From Candidatus Falkowbacteria bacterium (lineage in GTDB: Bacteria > Patescibacteriota > Patescibacteriia > Patescibacteriales > UBA12465), in contig JAAZJO010000001.1 of assembly GCA_012800315.1 (NCBI GenBank), positions 773 through 64,772 of the forward strand: DNA of 64,000 bases. Direction: 5' to 3'. The position numbers and the translations under genes were made by a program. Under the pieces are notes generated by a model. The model was not told the DNA's origin and did not search any database. It saw only the letters and a program-made list of their open reading frames with translations. Numbering within the stretch: the first letter of the stretch is position 1; every line of letters begins with the position of its first letter. Of the stretch, positions 57,222 through 64,000 are shown one piece after another.

Positions 57222-58610
57222 CTAAAATTTCAAACGAAAAAAATTTTCCAATTCTGATATTTTTATTCTCTCTTGTTTCATTGTATCACGATCGCGCACA
57301 GTCACTTCATCATTTTCTAAACTTTCAAAATCAACTGTCACACAAAATGGTGTTCCAATTTCATCTTGGCGGCGATAGCGTTTGCCAATATTGCCATTAT
57401 CATCAAACTCACAACGCCAAGTTAATTTTAAAACATCAAATATCTCACGCGCTTTAGCCACTAACTCTGGTTTATTTTTTAATAATGGGAAAACTGCAAT
57501 TTTAATTGGCGCTAGTTTTGCTGGGAAAGCTAAAACAATTCTCGTTTCTGTCTCAATTTTCTCCTCCCGATAAAATTCAGTTAACGCAGCCAAGAATGTC
57601 CGACCCACACCCGCTGAAGTTTCTACTACATGAGGAATAAATTTTTGATTAGTTACCGGATCAAGATAATTTAAGTCCTGACCAGAGGCTTGGCTATGAA
57701 CTGACAAATCATAATCACCACGCGCGTGTATTCCTTCCAACTCTTTAAAACCAAAAGGAAATTTGTATTCAATGTCATAAGCCTCTTTAGCATAAAAAAC
57801 TAAATTCTCATGTTTATGCCATTTTAAATTTTCTTCTTTAAAGCCCAAATTAAGATAAAAATTCCAACGCCACTCTCGCCACTGATTATAATAAGTCATT
57901 TCTTCTTCCGGCTGAACAAAGTATTGCATCTCCATCTGTTCAAACTCACGAGTCCGAAAAATAAATTGCCGAGCAGTAATTTCATTACGAAAAGCTTTGC
58001 CAATCTGCGCAATGCCAAAAGGAATTTTAACGCGAGCCGAATCTAAAACATTTTTAAAATTAACATAAATCCCCTGACAAGTTTCCCCGCGTAAATAAGT
58101 TGGTTCTTTTGACCAGTCGCTGGTAAAATTTCCTAAATTAGATTGAACTAGCAAATTAAATTTTTTGCCGGGAGTAAACTCGTGTCCACCACAAACCGGA
58201 CATTTCACTTTATTTAAATTGTCATTAAAGATTTTATTAATTTCCGCCTCAGTCATTTTTTCATCAGCAAAAACACCTGCTTCCTCTAATAAAGTATCTA
58301 AGCGTAAACGGCTGTGACATTTCTTGCATTCTGTTAAAGGGTCAGAAAAGCCCTTAACATGACCTGATGCCTCCCAGATTCTCGGGCTCATAAAAATAGC
58401 TGCATCTAAACCAACAATATCATCACGCAGTTGGGTCATCGCTTTCCACCATTCCTTTTTAATGTTATTGGCCAGCTCAACACCATAAGGACCATAATCA
58501 TAAACAGCCGCTAAACCATCATAAATTTCTGAAGATGGAAAAACAAAACCACGACGTTTACAAAGTGAAATTATTTTATCCATAGAGGTGTCTTTTTCTT
58601 GTTTACTCAT
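57222..58610 (-). CDS. glyQS: Glycine--tRNA ligase, homodimeric alpha2 type
   Basis: KRRGF, YDYGP, WEASGH, YLRGETCQG, FRNEI..RTREFEQME, IGKRYRRQDEIGTP. Confidence 0.96.
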   Translation of the reverse strand: MSKQEKDTSMDKIISLCKRRGFVFPSSEIYDGLAAVYDYGPYGVELANNIKKEWWKAMTQLRDDIVGLDAAIFMSPRIWEASGHVKGFSDPLTECKKCHSRLRLDTLLEEAGVFADEKMTEAEINKIFNDNLNKVKCPVCGGHEFTPGKKFNLLVQSNLGNFTSDWSKEPTYLRGETCQGIYVNFKNVLDSARVKIPFGIAQIGKAFRNEITARQFIFRTREFEQMEMQYFVQPEEEMTYYNQWREWRWNFYLNLGFKEENLKWHKHENLVFYAKEAYDIEYKFPFGFKELEGIHARGDYDLSVHSQASGQDLNYLDPVTNQKFIPHVVETSAGVGRTFLAALTEFYREEKIETETRIVLAFPAKLAPIKIAVFPLLKNKPELVAKAREIFDVLKLTWRCEFDDNGNIGKRYRRQDEIGTPFCVTVDFESLENDEVTVRDRDTMKQERIKISELENFFRLKF

Positions 58611-58646
58611 ATATTTATTATTTTCTGTTTACTATTTTATTAAAAT

Positions 58647-60347
58647 CTACATCTCCTCAATCACTGGCATGCCTAAAAGATTAAAGCCATTATTTAATAC
58701 TTGGGTAATTGCCTTAATTAATGATAGGCGAGCCTGACGTGTTTTTGACCCTGCTTTCAAAATTGGTACTTCATGATAATAATCATTTGATAATTGAACT
58801 AATTCAAATAAATATTTAGCGACTTCGCTCGGATTATATTTTTCTCCAGCCAATTTAACAACTTCTTGATACTGTGCCAACTTCAGCAACAACCCTTTCT
58901 CTCTTGCTTCTTTAAGTTCTTTTAAGTCTACTCGCCAATTAAATAACTTTACCGGCTCTTTACGAATAACGCTTTTTAAGCGCGCATAACCATATTGTAA
59001 ATAACAAGCCGTAAAACCATCAAAGCGTAAAGCATTATTAATATCAAAAACAATAATTTTATCAGCGCTCACCTTCAACATCTCAAACTTCATGGTTGAA
59101 ATAGCTAAACTTAAGGCCGCCTGTTCAACCCGACTATCAATCCAGTCTTCGTGGCGTTTTTTAGTTTCAATAATTAATTTTTCCCAAATTTTATTTTTCA
59201 GCGACTCATAAGTAATTACATTGCCTGTTCGTGAAGCCATCATACCTTCCGGTAAAGTAACAAAATCATAACTAAGATGTTTTATTTTTTGCCTATAACC
59301 CATTAACTCAAAAATTTTAGCTAACTGCTGAAAATATAAACTTTGACGAACATCAATAACGTAAAGAGATTCTTTAATTTTATATTTTTTAAATTTCGCT
59401 TGAGCTAAAGCAAAGTCAGCCACCGGATAAAGAGCTGTGCCATCTGTCCTAATTATCGGCAAAACGGATAAACCATATTGCTCTAAATTAGCAATAATTG
59501 CTCCTTGACTTTTCACTAATTGACCAGCAGCCAATAACTCATTAACTAATTTTAAGCCGGCATCAGTATATTCACTTTCATAAAAAGTGTGTTCAAACTT
59601 AACTTCTAGTTCTTGATAAATAGAAGCAAAATAATCAATGCTCCATTTTCTGGTCTCTGCCCATAAGTCATAATACTTTCCTTGACGACTTTCAATCGCC
59701 TTCATTATCTGACTAACCTCTTCTTTATATTCTGGGTGCTCGTCTAATAAGCGGGAAGATTCGCTATAACATTTTCCTAAAAGATAACCCTTGGGCTCTG
59801 AGCTAATCTTATATTTCTGATTACGTTCCCAGTTCCATAAAGTTTTAGCAGTAAAAATACCAAAATCATTAATAAAAGATACTGGAATGGATTTATAGCC
59901 ATTAGCGTTTAATAAATGATTAACCGCATCACCATAAGCAATATTGCGTAAATGTCCGACATGATATTCTTTGTGCGTGTTTCCATTAGAAAACTCAATC
60001 ATTATCCGTCTGCCTCTACCAGAACAATTAGTTCCATACTTTTCGCCCTTTTTCTTTATCTCCCTGATCACCTTATTAGCCAGATACTCACTCTTAATAT
60101 AAAAATTAAGATAAGGACCAGCCGCTTTTATGTCGGAAAAATATTTTTTTAATCGGGAACTATTTTTTAATTTTTCCGCCAACTCCCCAGCTAAAGCAGC
60201 CGGATTTTTCTTGTTTTCTTTAGCCAACTCAAAACAAGCTAAACTTAAATCTCCTAAATCGCTATTTGGCGGATAGGAAAAACTTGCTTTTTTTAATTTT
60301 AGCTCTCGGGTTATTTTATTTTTAACACTGGTTAAAATAGCAGGCAT
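58647..60347 (-). CDS. argS: Arginine--tRNA ligase
   Basis: GPYLNF, IEFS..N..K..HVGHLRN, DGTALY, MASRTG, YLQY.YAR, C-terminal EEM. Confidence 0.95.
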   Translation of the reverse strand: MPAILTSVKNKITRELKLKKASFSYPPNSDLGDLSLACFELAKENKKNPAALAGELAEKLKNSSRLKKYFSDIKAAGPYLNFYIKSEYLANKVIREIKKKGEKYGTNCSGRGRRIMIEFSNGNTHKEYHVGHLRNIAYGDAVNHLLNANGYKSIPVSFINDFGIFTAKTLWNWERNQKYKISSEPKGYLLGKCYSESSRLLDEHPEYKEEVSQIMKAIESRQGKYYDLWAETRKWSIDYFASIYQELEVKFEHTFYESEYTDAGLKLVNELLAAGQLVKSQGAIIANLEQYGLSVLPIIRTDGTALYPVADFALAQAKFKKYKIKESLYVIDVRQSLYFQQLAKIFELMGYRQKIKHLSYDFVTLPEGMMASRTGNVITYESLKNKIWEKLIIETKKRHEDWIDSRVEQAALSLAISTMKFEMLKVSADKIIVFDINNALRFDGFTACYLQYGYARLKSVIRKEPVKLFNWRVDLKELKEAREKGLLLKLAQYQEVVKLAGEKYNPSEVAKYLFELVQLSNDYYHEVPILKAGSKTRQARLSLIKAITQVLNNGFNLLGMPVIEEM

Positions 60348-60461
60348 AAAAAGACATTAAAATACTGCCACTAATAGTTTCAGTCGCTTGGTATTAATTA
60401 TTGAATTATGTTATAATGGTATCAGACTTTTATAAGTTTTTCAATTAATTTTTAAAAAAAT

Positions 60462-61439
60462 ATGTTCTCTTATCGTTCAATTTTAAAACAGGCCTGGGCC
60501 ATAGTCTGGAAACATAAATATCTATGGATTTTTGGCTTATTTGCTTCTTTAGCTGCCGCCGGAGGCACGATGGAGTACCAATTTCTAACTGATTCTCTAA
60601 GCCAAGGAATAATTGATAGTTCCTATCTCAATTTAGTAAATATCTTAACCTTGGGTAATTTTTTTAAATTATTCTCCTTAGGTATAGCTAACCTTTTCAG
60701 TCAAAATATTATCTTTATTCTCAATGCTATCACTCTTCTTCTTCTTTTCTTACTACTAATCTCTCTTCTGGTGTGGTTAGCCATCACTTGCCAAGCAGCC
60801 TTGGTTGATAATGTTAAAAAAATCTCTACCTCTAAGAAAAAAAATATTACTTTTAGTTTCCGAGACGGACTAACCCAAGGAGCAAAACATTTCTGGCCAG
60901 TTTTAGGTTTAAATATTTTAACTAAAGCTCTTGTTTTTCTTGCCTTTTTTATTGTTAGTCTACCCTTGCTCTTTTTAGTTGGTAGCAATAGTTATGTTTT
61001 TGTGATTATCTATACTATTTTATTCACCATCTTTATTCCAGTCGCTGTCTCCTGCTCTTTAGTCGTGAAATATGCAATCTCCTACTGTATTTTAGAAAAC
61101 TATTCTTTAGTTAAATCAATAAAAAGTGCTTGGGAATTATTTAAGAAAAACTGGTTAATTAGCTTAGAAGTTGCCTTAATTTTATTCTTGATTAGTTTTC
61201 TAGCTGGCTTTATCGCCTTGGCAATTTTATTTATCCTATTTTTCCCTCTTTTCTGGGTCGGTTTATCTTTCTCAATTACCTGGTTAAGTATCATTATTTT
61301 AATTTTAGGCTTAATTTTTGTGATCGCCTTTGGCTCAATGATGACTAGTTTTCAAATAACTGCCTGGACAAATCTTTATCTACAACTTAAAAAAAATAAA
61401 CTTCTAGCTAAATTAGAAAGAATATTTAAACAGAACTAA
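60462..61439 (+). CDS. Hypothetical multi-pass membrane protein
   Basis: About 6 hydrophobic helices; KQAW..WKHKYLWIFG N-terminus; 11 nt upstream of the PilB-like gene. Confidence 0.7.
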   Translation: MFSYRSILKQAWAIVWKHKYLWIFGLFASLAAAGGTMEYQFLTDSLSQGIIDSSYLNLVNILTLGNFFKLFSLGIANLFSQNIIFILNAITLLLLFLLLISLLVWLAITCQAALVDNVKKISTSKKKNITFSFRDGLTQGAKHFWPVLGLNILTKALVFLAFFIVSLPLLFLVGSNSYVFVIIYTILFTIFIPVAVSCSLVVKYAISYCILENYSLVKSIKSAWELFKKNWLISLEVALILFLISFLAGFIALAILFILFFPLFWVGLSFSITWLSIIILILGLIFVIAFGSMMTSFQITAWTNLYLQLKKNKLLAKLERIFKQN

Positions 61440-61450
61440 ATTAAACCGTT

Positions 61451-64000
61451 ATGAGTGATTTGACTTCAATTGAAAACTTAATTAATCCGTCCGACGATGA
61501 AGAAAGTGTGGTTGGACAATTTGCTAAAAAGCAAAAAGAAATCAAATCAAAAGAAATAGAAAAGAAAACCGAAAGAGAGGCGGCGGTCTTAGGTTTGCCT
61601 TATGTTAATCTCTTTGGCTTTCCTATTAGTCCGGAAGCTTTGGTTTTAATTCAAGAAAGCAGAGCGCAAGAAATAGGTGCGGTCTGTTTTTATTATGATG
61701 GGAAAAATCTTCGTCTCGGCTGTGTTGAGCCAACACCAGAAGTAAAAGAAGAGCTGCTCCGCCTAAATGAACAATATTTTGTTGATGGCAAACTTTATCT
61801 CATCTCTGAGAATAGTTTAAATTACGCCTTAGAAGCTTATAAAGGTCTCCCTAAAACTAAACGTCAACAAGGCGGTATAGAAATTAGTGAGGAAAGTTTA
61901 GAAAAGTTTAAAAATGATATCGCTAATTATAAAAATTTAAATGATAAAATAAATGACGTTAATATCAGCGATGTTATTACCTTAATTTTAGCAACTGCCC
62001 TAAAAGTTGGAGCTAGTGATATCCATATTGAAGCCGGAGAAACTGGTGTAGCTATTAGAATCAGAATTGATGGTGTTTTACAAGAGGCAGCCACGATTAA
62101 TCGCGATAAATGGAAAAAAATAATTTCCCGCTTAAAAATATTAGCGCGTGTTAAAATTAATATTGAGAATAAGCCACAAGATGGACGCTATACTATTTAT
62201 TTAAAAAATAAAAAAATAGATGTACGTTGTTCGTTTTTACCAACAGCTTTCGGCGAAAGTGTTGTGATGCGTCTACTTGACTCTGAAGAAACTATTTTAG
62301 ATTTAGAGGCCCTAGGTGTTCGTCCAGAAATATTATCAATTTTAAAAAAAGAAATTAGTAAACCAAATGGTTTAATCTTAACTACCGGTCCCACTGGTAG
62401 CGGTAAAACAACCACTCTTTACGCCATTCTTAATAAACTAAATAAACCTGGAACAAAAATTATCACCCTGGAAGATCCGATTGAGTATCAGCTCAAAGGC
62501 GTTAACCAAAGCCAAGTTGATGAAAAGCGCGGCTATACTTTTTCTGATGGCCTGCGTTCTATTTTGCGACAAGATCCGAATGTTGTTATGATTGGAGAAA
62601 TCCGTGATTTAGAGACAGCTGAAATAGCTGTTCAAGCTTCTTTAACTGGTCACCTAGTTTTATCAACTATTCATACTAATGATGCCGCTGGAGTAATTCC
62701 TCGTTTAATTGATATTGGTGTTAAACCCTATTTCTTAGTACCCTCAATTAACGCTGTTATCGGTCAACGTTTGGTACGAAAACTTTGCCCTTATTGTCGC
62801 CGAGAGCATAAGCTTAGCCCTGCTGAAAGCGAACAAGTTAATAAAATATTAGCGGTTATCTCGCCTAAAGCGGAAATAGATATCCCAGCTATTTTACCAA
62901 CTATCTATCAAGCTGGGGAAGGTTGTGAACACTGTAATTTTATTGGCTACCAAGGACGAATTGGCATTATGGAAATTTTCACCATGAATGACAATATCAA
63001 ACAATTAACCATTGATAAAGCACCCTCCTTTAAAATACTTCAACAAGCGATTGAAAACGGCATGATTACCATGCTCCAAGATGGAGTTTTAAAAGCACTT
63101 GATGGTATCACTTCTCTGGACGAAGTTTATCGCGTCATCGGCAATTTTGATTATATCAATGAACTTTATGATATTGTAATCTCCCAAACTATTGGTCGGG
63201 GAATAAAAATTAAAGCAGCCGAATTTGAGCAAGCTAAAAAATTAAGTCAAAATATTTCAGCTATTGCTGAAACCGCCAAAGAAATCCCTAGCTCAGAATT
63301 AATTAACTTAGTGATGTCGCTAGCGATTGTTAATGAGGCGGGTGATATTCATATTGAACCAACCGAAAATGATGTTAGTGTTCGCTTCCGTATTGACGGC
63401 GTTCTTCATGATATTCTAAAACTACCAAAAACTAGCTATCTACCATTATTATCAGAAATAAAAATATTGGCTGGCGCGCCAACTAATATAAGACGGGCTA
63501 CTTTTGATGGGCGCTTCAGCGTTTACTTAGCAGACAAAAAAATTGATTGCCGTATTTCTATTATTGCTGGTGGTTATGGAGAAACAATTGTTATTCGCTT
63601 ACTAACGACCAACGCTATTAATTTAGAAATGGAAAAACTAGGCATCACTTCAGTTGCCCTAGACACCTTACAGCAAGCCATGAAAAAAACTCGTGGCATT
63701 ATTCTCACCACTGGCCCCACTGGTAGCGGTAAAACAACCACTCTTTACGCCATTCTTAATAAACTAAATAAACCAGATACTAAAATAATTACAATTGAAG
63801 ATCCGATTGAATACCAACTCCCTGGTGTAATGCAAACTCAAATTGACGAACAACGCGGCTATACCTTTGCTTCTGCGATGCGTTCTCTTTTACGCCAAAA
63901 CCCAAACATCATGATGATTGGAGAAATCCGTGATACAGAAACAGCTAAAATTGCCATGGAAGCTTCTTTGACTGGTCACTTAGTTTTATCAACTATTCAT
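61451..64000 (+). CDS. PilB/GspE-family pilus assembly ATPase with two tandem ATPase modules (3' end beyond window; not in ORF track)
   Basis: Stop-free frame from ATG 61451. Module 1: ASDIHIE, RIDG, GPTGSGKTT (62387), EDPIE, GEIRD, TGHLVLSTIH, CPYC/CEHC. Module 2: GDIHIEP, RIDG, GPTGSGKTT (63713), EDPIE, GEIRD, TGHLVLSTIH. Confidence 0.9.
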   Translation, partial: MSDLTSIENLINPSDDEESVVGQFAKKQKEIKSKEIEKKTEREAAVLGLPYVNLFGFPISPEALVLIQESRAQEIGAVCFYYDGKNLRLGCVEPTPEVKEELLRLNEQYFVDGKLYLISENSLNYALEAYKGLPKTKRQQGGIEISEESLEKFKNDIANYKNLNDKINDVNISDVITLILATALKVGASDIHIEAGETGVAIRIRIDGVLQEAATINRDKWKKIISRLKILARVKINIENKPQDGRYTIYLKNKKIDVRCSFLPTAFGESVVMRLLDSEETILDLEALGVRPEILSILKKEISKPNGLILTTGPTGSGKTTTLYAILNKLNKPGTKIITLEDPIEYQLKGVNQSQVDEKRGYTFSDGLRSILRQDPNVVMIGEIRDLETAEIAVQASLTGHLVLSTIHTNDAAGVIPRLIDIGVKPYFLVPSINAVIGQRLVRKLCPYCRREHKLSPAESEQVNKILAVISPKAEIDIPAILPTIYQAGEGCEHCNFIGYQGRIGIMEIFTMNDNIKQLTIDKAPSFKILQQAIENGMITMLQDGVLKALDGITSLDEVYRVIGNFDYINELYDIVISQTIGRGIKIKAAEFEQAKKLSQNISAIAETAKEIPSSELINLVMSLAIVNEAGDIHIEPTENDVSVRFRIDGVLHDILKLPKTSYLPLLSEIKILAGAPTNIRRATFDGRFSVYLADKKIDCRISIIAGGYGETIVIRLLTTNAINLEMEKLGITSVALDTLQQAMKKTRGIILTTGPTGSGKTTTLYAILNKLNKPDTKIITIEDPIEYQLPGVMQTQIDEQRGYTFASAMRSLLRQNPNIMMIGEIRDTETAKIAMEASLTGHLVLSTIH
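62390..63774 (+). repeat. 59-bp exact direct repeat at the two Walker A regions (62390-62448 and 63716-63774)
   Basis: cccactggtagcggtaaaacaaccactctttacgccattcttaataaactaaataaacc twice, 1326 nt (442 codons) apart. Confidence 0.9.

Noticed and set aside
1215..62415. Many 60-165 aa alternative-frame ORFs in the track (e.g. 1215-1860, 11301-11591, 39763-40257, 45259-45666, 50212-50643, 62197-62415)
   Set aside because: They lie antisense to or within well-supported genes and carry no motifs; shadow ORFs
61451..64000. Double ATPase as an assembly duplication artefact
   Set aside because: The two modules are clearly diverged outside short patches and are joined by a unique in-frame linker
1..64000. 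Alternative genetic code 25 (UGA=Gly), as in Gracilibacteria/Absconditabacteria
   Set aside because: Long conserved genes translate full length in code 11 without internal TGA

Overview
Low-GC bacterial chromosomal segment read in standard code 11, with most genes on the minus strand. Gene content suggests Patescibacteria/CPR, probably Parcubacteria/ABY1-like (inference): alpha2-type GlyRS, short Rel, VirD4-like ATPase, pilin-fused giant proteins, O-antigen-ligase-like proteins. Housekeeping genes: ftsEX, ftsB-like, ftsAZ, secDF, clpP, nrdR-nrdD-nrdG, hisS, rpsU, lepB, queA, ruvB, gyrA, ndk, glyQS, argS and two tRNAs. Main highlights: (1) a ~14 kb co-oriented cluster of surface proteins, including two VirB2/TrbC-like pilin-headed Ig/Cys-rich giants, a protein with an internal type IV pilin-like head, and Ca-binding membrane anchors; (2) a PilB/GspE motor with two ATPase modules in one ORF, absent from the ORF track; (3) a class III RNR whose glycyl-radical segment is a separate 46-aa gene, also absent from the track; (4) a UvrD intein carrying a degenerate GIY-YIG-like insert; (5) strong Shine-Dalgarno sites at rpsU and at a 50%-Lys histone-H1-like gene, where the other starts I checked have none. 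No CRISPR, rRNA or IS element was seen. All calls are from motif reading only; no searches were run.
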